A stretch of DNA of 62,343 nt, counting the filler, from Choristocarpus tenellus KU-1152 (Eukaryota > Protista > Phaeophyceae): the NCBI GenBank assembly GCA_964200185.2. It is 13 parts of 13 records of this genome, joined end to end, with 100 filler letters (N's around TTAATTAATTAA, not from the genome) between each part and the next. Parts side by side here need not be neighbours in the genome. Positions count along the whole stretch, not along the records: positions 10,673 to 13,762 come from CAXNAD020022388.1; positions 13,863 to 18,059 come from CAXNAD020015746.1; positions 18,160 to 22,945 come from CAXNAD020013063.1; positions 23,046 to 27,765 come from CAXNAD020013347.1; 9 more parts are not named here. One strand, given 5' to 3'. This document shows, in pieces, positions 12,422 through 25,856 of this stretch. The notes below the pieces were generated by a model, which saw only the letters and a list, made by a program, of their open reading frames with translations, had not been told where the DNA came from and made no database searches. How positions within the stretch are numbered: the first letter of the stretch is position 1; each line of letters starts with the position of its first letter. The position numbers were made by a program, and so were the translations under genes.

Positions 12422-14482
12422 TGAACAAAAAACTCAGCGAGAACGACAACTGCATATTCAAAAAAATTCCGTTGATCGAAACCGAGCACATACATTTTTT
12501 TTGGTTCTGAAGTAGAAGAGGAAACAACCACAAAGAAAACGCTACATGTATAGAGTTCAACTACAAAAACTACCTCAAATGACAAAATCGGACAAAATCA
12601 TACGCAATAGAACCTTCTCCATAATATAGGTTGAGACGAAATTGTAATTCCGACACTGCGGGAATAGTGCAGCAAGATGTAGGGGTTGGATCGGGGTCGG
12701 AAAATGTCATTCGGAGAAAGCCCCACCATCAAGAAAATGTGGAGCTCTCAACAAACTGAGCTAAGGTCATGCACGAACTAACTGGGTTTACATGCAGAGG
12801 CACATACACCAACCAGCGCATGAGATCGCAGGAGCGTTAACCTCTTGTTTTCAGAAAATAAAATCACTATGAATGTCGCCCATGTCACTGTCTATCAGTT
12901 TGCTACCAAGTGAACCTTGTACGCCTGTCTGTCCCATGGCAAAAGTGTTGTGATCCTAGCGTATCTCTCTCTCTCCATGCACCTCTTGGATTTCCTCTTC
13001 CCCCTAACACAAACAGAACCCGTACGTAACACACCCTTCTTGTACCTGACTGAAGATCCAATCAATCTACTCCAGAGTACAAGACAAAATACGACCACTC
13101 CTATTCATACCGGCTGCCCCAGAAAAGAATAACACAGCTTACATTTTTTTTTTTTCCCGGATATTTCTAAGTCTTGCAATAATACAGCAGGTGCCCACGA
13201 GGTGGTCACACTCTACAGATAGACACAGACAGCCTCATTCCTGCAACCTGCGGATAACCCAACCCTTCTGTTCATTCATCTCTGCCATACAAACCAACAG
13301 CCTTACTCTGCGACGGAGGATTCACTAAACCCCTGACACTAACTGACCTCCCAGGTCATTTACGCACGTACCCCTTGAAGTGTAAAAAAACAAACTTCTA
13401 TTGCCATAAAAAAAAAGAAATCGCGATCAGCGGAAAATTACGATATGTAAAGGGAGCACAGCTGTTATGGTACAAGGCCTACCCGCTATCCCACCAACCG
13501 CTCCACTCACTATCAGACGCCATTGCATGGGTTTGTTTCATCATCATGGCTCTTTGGACAATGTAGGTTGGTAGTGAGTGGAGTTCCCGGGTTCAAACCT
13601 CAAAACCTTTTTGTAACGGCAATCTGGTTCGGACCATCCTCCGAAGTCCGCACGACGAGCACTACAGCTTGAATATCCGTACTATCCATCATCCATCCTA
13701 TCATCTGTCAGTCTACCACAAAAAAAAAACACCTGACCAAGAACATACAAATCGGAAAAGCGNNNNNNNNNNNNNNNNNNNNNNNNNNNNNNNNNNNNNN
13801 NNNNNNTTAATTAATTAANNNNNNNNNNNNNNNNNNNNNNNNNNNNNNNNNNNNNNNNNNNNCCCACACTAATCTCCTATCTGTCAGAATATATATACAT
13901 GGTCTCTTCCATCAACTGTTTCTTTCTTACCAAATAAAATTTCCCACTACTCTTGACAAAGTACATGGAATTGAGAGTTGCTGTTACGAGAGACGTATAC
14001 CTCCACTAGTCTACCTTCAATCGGGGAATCAGGGTTGAAGTATTAATTGATTGTCCTCCTATTTCAAGAGAAACAGTGAAATCAATAAATATCAATATTG
14101 AATCCAACATTTCATCAATAATGACACCGTATCAGGCACACAAGCTGAGACAACCGCTACACTTGCACAGATCATAACCGTATACTTTTCCACAATCAAT
14201 GCAAGATACAACATATCCCACATGTTTTGGACATCTACAAGTAGGAAAATGGTGTCAAACCAACTTGGCATAACCTTGACAAAATTCTGATCTTTTTACA
14301 CAGTCTTAATTTGCTTGTACACACACTTCCTTGCGTATGCCAGATCACTGTGTTTTGACAGCACTTGGTTCTGTACATCACAGTCCAAAAAGAACTTCAA
14401 ATTTCACGCGGATCTCATTCCTTCACTTTCCCTACAGTATTCCCATTATTATCAACTCTTCTATGTCCTATGGTACTAACAG

Positions 14483-17307
14483 GACAAGCTGTATGGAATC
14501 GTATGCCATGAGTGCCCTGTATGTAACGACTGCCTGCCGAGAAATAGTGCACAATGGCCTGAATGCACTCCTGTACCAGAGCATTCAAGAAGCAATGTGA
14601 ATAATGATACAATCGAGACAATTGTCCTGGAAAAAGGATACTGGAGGGCAACAAACTCGACCAGCTTGATACACGAGTGTTTTACTCGTGGTGCATGCAA
14701 CAATGATGCTGAGGACGTCATTTGCTCTGGGGGCTATAAAGGGGCATGTGAGTGAAGCTTCGATGTGTGCCTACCATTTCCGAAGCATACATTGTCTTTG
14801 CAAGTACGTTTTCTTGGTAATTTTGGATGAGAGATAAAATTGAACTGTAGAATAATGTAGCCTCATACCTCATTACTTACAGCATCCACTGTATGTTCAG
14901 CCCTCTTTCCTCACAGATGCCATGTCCAACAAATGTAAACCTCAGGGCATTTTGTTTTAACACTCATCCTGCTCTAGATGCATCTCTTTTTGTAAAATCT
15001 AGAGAGTCACGTGTACATGGGAATAGTCTATTGTTCTCAAATAGTACAGCGCTGCCAAAGAGAAACCAGTATTTCTCTTGGGTCTGATGGCTACAAATAC
15101 TGCCCCTGGAAGCATCCTAGCTACCTTATATTTTCTGTTTCTTTTCTCCGATGCAACATAGAACTTACGAACACTGAGATATCCCGATGCTGTATGTGTT
15201 CACCACCAATTTCCACTTCCTCTGTATTTCCAGACTGTGCTGTTTGTGATGATGGCTTTGCTCCTGGTCTGTCATACTCCTGTAGTGAGTGTGATGACAG
15301 CAGGAGATCATTAGCACTTGGGATTGGTATTTTTACCTTGGCTCTTGTTGTTGTAGTTGCAGCTGGCGGCATCATATTTCTCATCACTGCATCCTCCTCG
15401 AGGTTGGAAAATGTGCATGGTGGCTTATCTCATCGATGGAAGCGGATTATATCTTTTCAAGGTCTCAAAATATTGGTGGTCACATGGCAAATTGTTACTC
15501 AGGCAAGTTATATATTGGTACTGGTTAATTCGTCCCGTACATTAATGTACCTATAACGATTGTGGAATATGACATGTTCTTTTGGGTACTTTATTGGTTG
15601 TAGCAAACCTCGATATGTTTTTTTTGCCCTTCCCACGTTTATGTGTAAAACGTTTTCCCTTTCTGAGATTAGCTATTTCATTGTGGCAATGTGATATTTC
15701 CATGTGCTTGATTGACCTGATTTTTTTCCTTGAATAGCACTGGACGCACAGAACCACAATGACTTTCATATGCCTCTGCCGATGTACTTTCTCATTCCTT
15801 ACTGTGAGGTCATTTTGACGATTTAACCTTGATGGAATATTTCTTTACCTGAACTGAGTATCATCGAAATTAAACTGCGTCAAAATACATGAACTGATGA
15901 TGGTCGTTAATAGATCATTTTGAATTAAAATAATCATGCTATCATGGCTTACTATACAGTGTAGCCATACCCTTTTATATTTTGTAAGGTATCACAAATG
16001 TGACTCATGGCAGTATACAATATTATCTCAGAGTCCACAAGCTGCGCATCGACATCAGTACCAGGTCGTACTTTCCTAGCCCTAACCCCATGGTTTGATC
16101 TAAGGTATCCCCCCAAATCTTGTCCAATTTGTGGGATCCATCCCATAGATGAGGTAGTAGTGAAATGCAATGTTCTTGCTCATCCGTGTTCTTGCACTTT
16201 GGGTGTCACATTGCATTTGCCGTAACTCCCAACCATTACCCTCGTCTTCTCTACTGCTGCTTTTTTGTACCTCAGTTTTCTGAGGTTGCCAACGCTTCGT
16301 ACCCAGATCACTATGAGAAATTTCTCAAACTCATTGACGTTGTCAACTTCGATGTTATGTGGTGGATGCGAATAATGTCCGCTGGATGTGTTGTCAGCAT
16401 GGACTTCTACGCTCGCCTGCTGTTATCAACACTTGGACCACTGATGATTCTCCTTATGCTGGGGATAACCTACAAGATTGCAATGATTAGAAACAGAGGC
16501 GGCTTAGAAGCAACCGTGGTAAAAATAAGGCGGAGACACATCTCAGTTGGATACATAGTAACCTTCTTTGTGTTCTCATTTTCTTCATCCAAGGTTTTCC
16601 AAACATTTGCCTGCGAGACACTTGAAGATGACAAGACATACTTACGAGCTGACTACAGCCTAGAGTGTACATCTGATAGGCATCAAGCCTTCCAGGTATA
16701 TGCCGCAATTATGATCTTCGTCTACCCTTTGGGTATTCCGTTCCTATATGGCTATATATTCTTTGCCAACCGAAAAGACTTGACGAGCAAGAAATCAAGA
16801 GAGGGAAATCCTCATCTGCAGCCCTTTGTGGACTTATGGAAGCAGTACAAGCCAGACATATTCTACTTTGAGTTGGTGGATCTTGGTCGCAGAGTAGTAC
16901 TTACGGGGATTATTGTATTTATCTATCCCGGCACTGCTGCACAAATAGCCGTAACGTTCATGCTTGCATTGTCGTTCCTGTGGCTCACTGAAATACTCAA
17001 TCCCTATAGGAGACTTCAAGACAGGTGGCTGTCAAGGGGAGGAAACTTTGTGATTTTGACAAGTATGTTTGTCGCCCTCATTCTCAAAGTGGATGTGGCA
17101 GATGAAAATCATAGTAGTCAGCAGATGTTCTCCTATATCATAATTTTTGCTAACATTTGCATGATTTTCACAGTGTTGCTGAATTCACTAGTGATCATTT
17201 TCTCTTCTTTTGGATTTTTAACTTTGCTAGAAGAGTCCACAGAACCGCGTAGAAATCAGGGCAATGGATCCAATGGTGTAGTTGGTGAGCATCTTGAGTC
17301 TCCATAG
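14483..17307 (+). CDS. Cys-rich, multi-pass membrane protein (C-terminal part of algal POMP/adhesin-like receptor); exons 14483-14747, 15234-15502, 16276-17307; 5' part missing
   Basis: Exons splice in frame: ...LEKGYWRATNSTSLIHECFTRGAC...CSGGYKGA|YCAVCDDGF...LKILVVTWQIVTQ|FSEVANASYP...FACETLED..YLRADYSLEC...VYPLGIP...YFELVDLGRR. About 8-10 hydrophobic segments; AG acceptors; GTGAGT and GCAAGT donors. Confidence 0.88.
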
Positions 17308-18257
17308 GATAAATTATATTGCGAAGTGGTGTGTATGCTTGCTTTTTGAGGAACAAGGCATCGGCAAATTGTTTCATTCATGCCCACATCTCGGAAGAGT
17401 GAGGTCACCCGCCATTCCTCTTTGTGGTTGTAACTGTTTAAGCTTGAGTTCGACCAGAGGTGGTTAGATCAATTCAGTGTCAACGTAGAATGGCTTATAC
17501 AAGCCACCAAACTTAGTGGAAAGAGTGAGACGGGAGGATAGACACCAAGCAGAAAAAGTAGAGGCAACGTTCACAGGATCAAAAGGGGACTAGGGTATGA
17601 ACGGAGCAGTGTTGAACAGGTTTAAAGTTTAGGAAGAAAGTATGGAGGTTGGTAGGTGGTAATGGCTCTTATGGAATGTTTCCCAGAACTCCCTCTTGAT
17701 GCACCACTGATGACATGTAGGCAAGAAGGGGCATGGAGGTGATCACGAGGGGCCAAGCGACACATATCCTGAGGAGAATGGTAAAGGAACTTAAGTTGAG
17801 ACCAGAATAGTATGCCTGGCATTCGGGTAGGATAGGGGGAGCTACGAGATTGGCGACCATGGGGTTAGCAGTATTGGTAATAGAGAAGGAAGGGGGATAG
17901 AAGTCGGGGTTAGTTTTGGTACGTGTAAGGGCTAATCAGAGGGACCCAGTGCGGGTTCAAAGGGCTTGGCAAAGAGTAAGATTGGGTCTAACCAGGTCAG
18001 GAGGTAAGGGGATGAGCTAGAAAGAAATCAACCCCGAAGGGGAGGGGAGGTCAAGTTATNNNNNNNNNNNNNNNNNNNNNNNNNNNNNNNNNNNNNNNNN
18101 NNNTTAATTAATTAANNNNNNNNNNNNNNNNNNNNNNNNNNNNNNNNNNNNNNNNNNNNCCATCTCCACATTCTTCTCCCATAGTATGGGCTCCATTTAC
18201 TGATAGGTGGAACTTAACTTTGAATCCCATCTGTGCAACACATTGACACAATTCCAG

Positions 18258-20639
18258 GGGATCGTGGAGGAGCTCTGTATGTTTTTGACTTTTCTACTGC
18301 CAACCTTGGAGGCAGTTCCACCTTTTTTAATAACAGTGCAGGTAAATCCATGCGTTCTGTCTTGACTAATGAGAGGTTGATTTTCCATAGTTTTTGTACA
18401 GTTCAGCGTGGAGTGGAAGAAGTGTCAAGTAAACTGTGATTACTAAGAGTTCGAAATATAGAATTTGTTACTAACCCTTACCCTTGAAGTCTACTAAACA
18501 TCTACAAGTCAATCATTGTGACACCAAACCGATCTAAATGATATGCTCCAATGCCACTATTCTACTCTCCTAACGCCAAGTATATATTCAGATTCAGTCA
18601 TGACTGACGTTTATGGTTGCAAATGAGGGAGTTTAAACGGGGTTGGTGATAAAGCCTTTTTCTTCTCTTGTTTGAATTCGTAACTGCTTTTTTAGTAACA
18701 ATATACCTTACAGTTTAATCATATCGTCAGTGTTTTGAAGTTTGGACACATACAGGATGTGTGCATGAACTCAAATTCACAAAGGAACTTCTTCTCCCCT
18801 CTCCATATTCGCACTGCATGGTATGAGTTCTATTTATCGAGATGCAGAGAAAAAAATCTAATCTCCCGCTGTAACTTGTTGTTATATGTACAGATGATTC
18901 GGGAGGAGCTATTCATATTCAGAAACGATGCAGTATGGAATTCTCCGGCAGTTGTACCTTTCATAATAACAGTGCTGGTAAGCATATGCTCTCTGTGTTT
19001 AAAATTTAAGGAAAATGTGTACAGCAATGTTTTTGTGTACCTGAAGATGTAGTGGAACAGGTGTTGATTGATTTTGTTTCATTACGTTTGGATTTTCTAC
19101 GCAGAATTGGTATCTTGCTCAAAACAACAAGGAGGGGGGGCGACTATCTATTCTGGGCCAATTTTTCCATGTCGCAGTTTTTGGGTTGTTTGGTTTTGTG
19201 CGTCAGATGGATAATGTACGGGCATGTATCCTGTTCAGGGCCTGAATGGACACCCTGGTGTAGACCACCACCACCCCCCGATACCTTAAGCCTCTTCTAC
19301 TCTTTTCAGATATTCCTAATTTTAATTGCTACCCCCTACATACTTCAACAGATGCCCTCCAGTGCAACTATTGAACTCTCCTAATATGCAGATGTTTCAA
19401 GACCAATATATATTGAGAGTGTTTTTATCGTGTATGACCTTTTCCCAGCACTATTCGTAAGCTGTTCATGGAGAGAGTTTCTGAAAGAATAGCGTTAAAA
19501 AATGTTGCTGGAATATACATTTCCTATTGACGAAATAAAGATGTCTGTATAAATTCAAGTTTGTTATAATCCCTTAACCTTTAAATACTAGGGACCTGGC
19601 CAGAATTAGTGGAAGAATGTGCATATTAATTGAATCACTAAGAGGAAATCCTCTGCCTATTTTCTATCCATTTTCGATATTCTAGCCACAGGGTGCATGG
19701 TGTCTAGTCTGAGAGGTAGAAACTAATGTTCTAATCCCCCCTTTTAATTCCAGTAATAAATGGAGGAGCTGTTTATGCTACCAACACTAAGTTACTCAGC
19801 TTTGAAGGCCCTACCACCTTCTATGGTAACAGTGCCGGTGAGTGATTTTGTTATTTTCTTCTTAAACAGATCGATTTTTTGCTGAATTGGGAAAATGTTT
19901 TGTTGAGTTACAATATGTTTTTTGTTGGGTTAGTAAAATAGACTGTTTCCATTTGAGCCAGTGAGCAAGGGAAACTCGTGGAATGTATGATCAACAGACG
20001 CAAGGCATCTCATAAATGCTTGACCTTGGAAAAATGTGTTAAATTACTCTTTTGTGCTGTGAGTTGAGGATTGTGTATCCTGACAATGATGCTAGTAGCA
20101 ACGAAGTGTGAAAGTATGGTTGGGAGAGCATGTGGATTGATTCATTGTTTATTCTCCTATGTACTTCACCTCTACTTGTCAACCTCTTAAGCATTACAAA
20201 ATACTGAAATTGTGAACAAATGTTTCAAAATGTAGGGATGAGACATCACCAAGTAGTTTGCCTGCTACCACCAACCCTATGATGTGTACTCCAGGTGAGA
20301 CCACGAGAAACTAAAACTATTTTGGTGTGGAGTAATTCTTATGATTTTGATGTTACGCTGAATCTGTTCTTTGCTTTAAGTACTTTTTTTACTTGGCAGT
20401 CGAACAACCCCAAGTGCATGATCTGTTTTGTGACGATGTCAGAAGCAATGCATTTTTTAGTAGCTTTTGTTCAAAATCTTACAAAGAATATTGATATTGG
20501 TTCGAATATTGCTTGTTGGGCATATTACAAACCTTCCTTAGATTGCTTTTTTCAGGATCGTTTGGAGGAGGCATTCGGCACTACTCTGCTGGTACACTCA
20601 ATATTACAGGGATGATGTCACTAGAAAGCAACAGAGCAG
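18258..20639 (+). CDS. Internal exons of a POMP-like (GGA[ILV]/FxxN) beta-helix repeat protein; exons 18258-18341, 18894-18977, 19754-19837, 20556-20639
   Basis: Each exon is 84 nt, CAG|...G|GT, phase 1-1: DRGGALYVFDFSTANLGGSSTFFNNSA; DDSGGAIHIQKRCSMEFSGSCTFHNNSA; VINGGAVYATNTKLLSFEGPTTFYGNSA; GSFGGGIRHYSAGTLNITGMMSLESNRA. Confidence 0.85.
19125..19292. mobile_element. MITE family A, degenerate, intronic
   Basis: GATGGATAATGTA...ATGGACACCCTGGTGTAGACC core followed by a C tract and GATACCTT. Confidence 0.7.
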
Positions 20640-22746
20640 GTGAGGTATTATATTCCAACTATTAAAAGTTGTGGTTATTGCCAAAACAAAATATTTTTGA
20701 TTACATTTTACATTTTTTGGATGGTTGTTTTCTTCACTTAATTTAGAAAGTGACATTCTGCCACCAATACATAAGAAATGATTTTATTTACGGAGGATGC
20801 AGCTGGAATGATGCAGTAATTGTTTCCTGTAAATAATTATTTTTGTTAGAGCTGTTATGGCGTATACTGCAATATTGGAACTATTTTTTGAGAGGCAGGA
20901 TCGGCACTGGTCATTCAATGCTTAGTCATATTGACCATACAAACGAGTTACCATGGTACTGAGATTTATGATAAACCACAGTTGTCCCATCAATGGGTAT
21001 TATTCTATGTGGGTTAGACTTTTTTTTGCAATTTTTTTCTTGTCTTTTATTTGTCTAGTAAAAATTGAACTATACCGACAGCCAGATGCACCGATCCCAT
21101 TACTCTCTTACAATTTCTGGTTCATATTCTGTAGGTAGGGTTAGGGTTAGGGTTAGGATTATTGCTGACATAGTATCAGGCTTGGGCGTAAAATTTGAAC
21201 AATTATGTTTTCCCTTATCTGCATCAATAACCGTTGTGAGTTCAAGAGGTAATCCACAAAACATCATTCTTATCCAAACCTTGAGACTCCTATTAGTTTC
21301 TTCTCAGTTTTACCATGCCCAAGTGCTTTCTGCTCATTTTCAAGTTTGTATGACAGCACAAATTCTCCTTCAATTTTCCTTCCCAAACCTAAACCAACTG
21401 CATAGAGTTGTCTCGATTGATGGAAATATCAGCCTAGTCAGTTTTGAACATTGCTGCCAGCACGGCTATCGCCTCAATATTGAGCTTATAGCCGGGTGGA
21501 GTTTAGTATATAGTATAGGACAATATATGCTCCATTTGTCTTACAGGTCTGTGCCGTAAAGTCGTAGCTCTTCAAGATGTGCTATATGATCACAGAAAAG
21601 ATATAGCAGGTCTGCAAAGAATCCCTTCGAAGCAGTTTTGAAATTATGCAATGCAGAATGGGGAATAATAGGCTCTTTTTTGAGTAGTGGGTGGTGTTGT
21701 GTTACAATGGAGGTGCAAACATTTACGGAGCGGGGCGCAGAGGGTGTGGAGTGCGAAGTCCAAGGATTGGTACACAGAGTGACTGTTCACAGCAATCGAG
21801 GATTATTACCTTGAATTGAATTGGGGAGGGTTTGTACAGCAGAGGCACGGTACAGAAGCTGAACACTGAAGGGAGGAAAAATGGATGGGGAATTTTAGCT
21901 CATGATGCGGCTATCACACTCTGTTGATCTCAATGTCAACAATCTGTTGTTATTTGTGTCCCTGAAGAGTAAAGTTTTGGCAGAGAACTGCGGCACCATT
22001 GTTGGCCTTTTTGTAGAGAGGGAACAAAACGTGGCAGAAACACTTGTTGAACAGGTGTGGCAGAAAAGGAAAGACATAATTTTTTTATTCAAAATATTCT
22101 GTTTAATTCAAAGCAGGTCATTTGGTAGTACAAGATTACCTCGAAGAGTTCCAGCTTCACCGTCAAGACTTACGTAACAGAGGTAATACTGAAGTAGGGT
22201 GAATGGGGATGCATGACCTTGACTTGATCTGCCTGAGAGTAAAAGAAGCAACATGTCTAGCCAAAGATTAGACTTCCGACATGGTCAACTTCATGATCAT
22301 CATTACCTCATGTGACTTGGACTGCCAACTGGCCAAGAAGAACCATATTGGAGGGCTTGACAGAGACCAGGGCCATAACTACTCTTCATGTCATTTCTCT
22401 CCGACTGCTGACAACTAGTGCTAACACGATAATTTCATGGCCATAATTTGTCTTATCATGGCTGGGTCATGTGCTAGTCCGCAGCGAATGACCCTATTGT
22501 GTACATGCAAACTGCCTGGCATGGTGAAACCCACTCATGTTTCTTTGAAACAATGGTTGAAACATTCGTGTTCAACCTCTAATCAGTTCATTCTCAGCGT
22601 CCTCACTATCTGAATAAAAAGTACCTCATGCATTTATTTGTGAGAATATAAATTGATTTCTAGGCTTGACAGGTCCGCCCTTCACATAGTTGTTTAGATA
22701 TTCCTTTACCCATTTTCACTATTATTGGTATTCTTACGAGATCAAA

Positions 22747-22928
22747 GGTTAAAAGTATCTAGGGGGAGTGGCGGCTGTCCGTTTGGGTCCAATTTTTTCT
22801 TGTTGCCATTTTTGGGTGATTTGATTGCATACGTCGGATGGATAATGTAAATGCACTGTGCTGATTTTGGACCAAATGGACACCCTGGTGTGGACCCCCA
22901 ACCCCCCCCCCCCAAGATACTTTCGGTC
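22747..22928. mobile_element. MITE family A, full length
   Basis: AAAGTATCTAGGGGG...CCCCCAAGATACTTT TIRs with family-A core. Confidence 0.88.
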
Positions 22929-23045
22929 AAAACTCTCGCATGTTTNNNNNNNNNNNNNNNNNNNNNNNNNNNNNNNNNNNNNNNNNNNNTTAATTAATTA
23001 ANNNNNNNNNNNNNNNNNNNNNNNNNNNNNNNNNNNNNNNNNNNN

Positions 23046-23360
23046 CGACCACATTGCCCCTTACGAAGTCTTACAAGGTCCATGCATTCACCCCATCCAA
23101 TCTGGCCGTTACACTCCTTCAGATGATGGAACACGGCCGTTTGGGAAATTCTGAAATCCTCCGCGATGACGCTGGTAACCCCTGAGGCATCTGAGGATCG
23201 CGCCCTCTCGCCTCCAGGCGCGCATCGCACCACTATGCTGTTCTTCGTTGGGGTGTTTGAGTTTGGACCGCGGAGAGACTCTGGACCAAAGAATTGGGAC
23301 CGATGGGCCATGATGGGAGGAGTGAGCTGCTTGAGTGACAGGGGGTATTCGTCCTAGGCA
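23046..23360 (-). mobile_element. Non-LTR (CRE-like) zinc-knuckle/RLE fragment
   Basis: VVRCAPGGERARSSDA...ECMDLV resembles the C..GG.R..RHD...RxD arrangement; degenerate. Confidence 0.45.
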
Positions 23361-23719
23361 TCCCAATAAACACCAACTTTGACAATTTCATGAGTTTTTG
23401 CGATCGTCAAATGCGACTTGATCGACTTTGCGCTTCTGATTTTACAGCCATTACAGCCCACCATCTCGAACTTTGCACGCCTCCCAATCTATGCTAGAAC
23501 TAAGCCCTACCGAAAGGGTTTATCCGGAGTATCGTTCCTGGACAAGATCAAAGGTTCCAAAAATTATTTTATACTTAATTCCGAACGGAAGATGTATTGC
23601 GTACAACTCAATGTTGAATGATGTAGAGATCCCGATTTGTCAATATCAATTTACCATTGTTGGATAGTATGTAGACAGAATATGCAGAAGTGACTCACCG
23701 TTTTATCATGTATTTTGAA

Positions 23720-23976
23720 GAGTCAAGCCACTTGAGAGGTAGGCAGATTTGGAACCTTTGCATTTAAATCACCTTTCCTACCCTCTGTGGAATGCACTCT
23801 ATTTCATTGCTAATATCCGCAATGGTGGTGTACACAAAATTGATATTCCCCCTTTGCACAAAGTGACACCACAGCTAAGCAAATACTCTTTCCACAATAG
23901 TACAAAATGACACTCTTTTACCGTTCCTCAGGATCCTGAATATATAACCCTGCCTACCCCTCAGTTGTTTTGAATA
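23720..23976. mobile_element. MITE family D (~255 bp)
   Basis: GAGTCAAGCCACTTGAGAGGTAGGCAG...CTGCCTACCCCTCAGTTGTTTTG; core ATTCCCCCTTT shared with other D copies. Confidence 0.8.
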
Positions 23977-25856
23977 ATAAATGATTGGTCCCCATAGAAT
24001 GAGAGAAGATTAATAGTGTATTACTGATCTCTCCCCAGTTCATCTTCATGTACAACTCTTACCTTGAAATTTAAAGGGAAATAACAATTAATTGTGTACA
24101 AATGTCAGAGCCATCTTCCACAGAAGGTATACCCTGAAGGTGACCTATCTTGAACATTATGATATTCATATGGCATTTGTTCTTGCATGTTGAAGGTAAC
24201 ATCTGCTTGAAGTAACATCGGGTGGTTTGGAGTGACCTTACCAACCTCCCCCTCTTGCAGTTACCACTGGAACACTCTTTTCCTGAGCGATCTTCTGAGA
24301 GATTGCTCTCCCTTTTTGACTTGTCTCTCTTTGATCTTGCCTCCCGTGGGTTTTACCGCTCCCCTTCATTACAAAGAACCTGTCGGCTTGTTTCCACCTG
24401 TTTCACACAAAACAGAGACGTTTCTTGTGTGATGTATTGTAAACAACAATTGGGTGCAAACCTTAGGTTCCTACCACTTTTTGTTATTTCGTTTAATATT
24501 TGGTTTCCTTATTGTTCTATGATATGTATAAATGATATCACCCCCCTTTCAAGACGGGCACGTGGTGGAAGCCCCAGTAGTGCGCTGAGTGGCATGACGT
24601 TTCTACTTTGCCATGTCCCCAGGTTCGGTACCTTATGGGGTCGGCCCCTGCTTTTCAAGCTGATGAAATTTATTGGTATATTGGTGCTCAGTGCTCGAAG
24701 ATGTCCTATCAGTACAACTTCCATGCCAAAACATGTAGTGCTACAGGCGAATGGCGCGAGCATTTCTTCTCATGTTTTAGCAAACACGAACATTTGTGAC
24801 AGACGAATAGTGCGAGGATTGTTTCTCACGTTCTAACAAGTGCGAACAATATACGATATTAGTAACACATAGGTAGCCTTACAGAATAAATACTGATTTC
24901 GTAGAAGATTAAGATTCGTAATGCATACATAACATTACAGAAGAAAATGTCAAAGTTCCTAAGAAGTTGCAGAATGAAGGTATATGATTGGAGTACGTAT
25001 AGAGCAGTTGCATAGAAGATCAAAGAAATTGGGTGGAAGATGAAAATAATAAAGGGAATTTTGGTGAAAACACCTTTACCCCCCTTGCCAGTTTTTTTTA
25101 ATCTTGAACTTAACATTGAGTCTAGCTTTGAGCTAAGCACTGAGGGGAGTATTCGAGAGAGAAGGCTATCTGACACCCAACAAACTGTTATCAAGGGCAA
25201 CGTTCCCATAGCGTCGTTTTAAGGTCGTTGGATTTGAATTGTACATCCTGTGGAGGTGAGTTCAGGGGCGCGCTGTAACATGGAGGTCCTACCGAGACTC
25301 TCCAAACTGGAGAGAATACTCAGTATTCACCTTAACACTTAGGATTCCTTGTAGCTTCCTACGTCCAGCTGGATTCTCTTTTTTTTTCCAGTTGGGTTTG
25401 TGGTCTTCATTCGTCGTCTACGGAATTTCCTTCTTGACCTCATCGTCTTCATGGGTGTGATGGCTTCTGTGGCTCCAAGGGAATCGTCATTCTATAGCCA
25501 TAAAACGAGTGGCCTCTGATAGCCACATCATTTGCCTATAGTAATAAAATGAGTGGTCTTTGACCGCCATGGTCGAGATGTTGTCTAGGTAGTTAATTGT
25601 TCTGCATTAATCTACTCTCACATCCCTGTTCTCGTTTGATTGCTACCTTGCCCTTTATCTCCCAGGTTCGCAGACATGTCTGGCTCAGGGTGAACGTATC
25701 TGGGGGGGTAACGACTGTCCAATTGGGGTCAATTTTTGCATGTCACGATTTTTTGTGTGATTTGGTTCCATACGTTGGATGGATAATGAAAGTGCACTTT
25801 TCCTGGTTTTGGTTCAAATGGACACTCTGGCATAGATCCCCCCCCCCCCCAGGTAC

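Noticed and set aside
16165-16275. ORF-track start of the 380-aa membrane protein
   Set aside because: This part is intron (pyrimidine tract and CAG at 16273-16275); coding resumes at 16276.
24222-24836. 204-aa ORF
   Set aside because: No recognisable motif or splice structure; composition typical of a chance ORF in repeat DNA.
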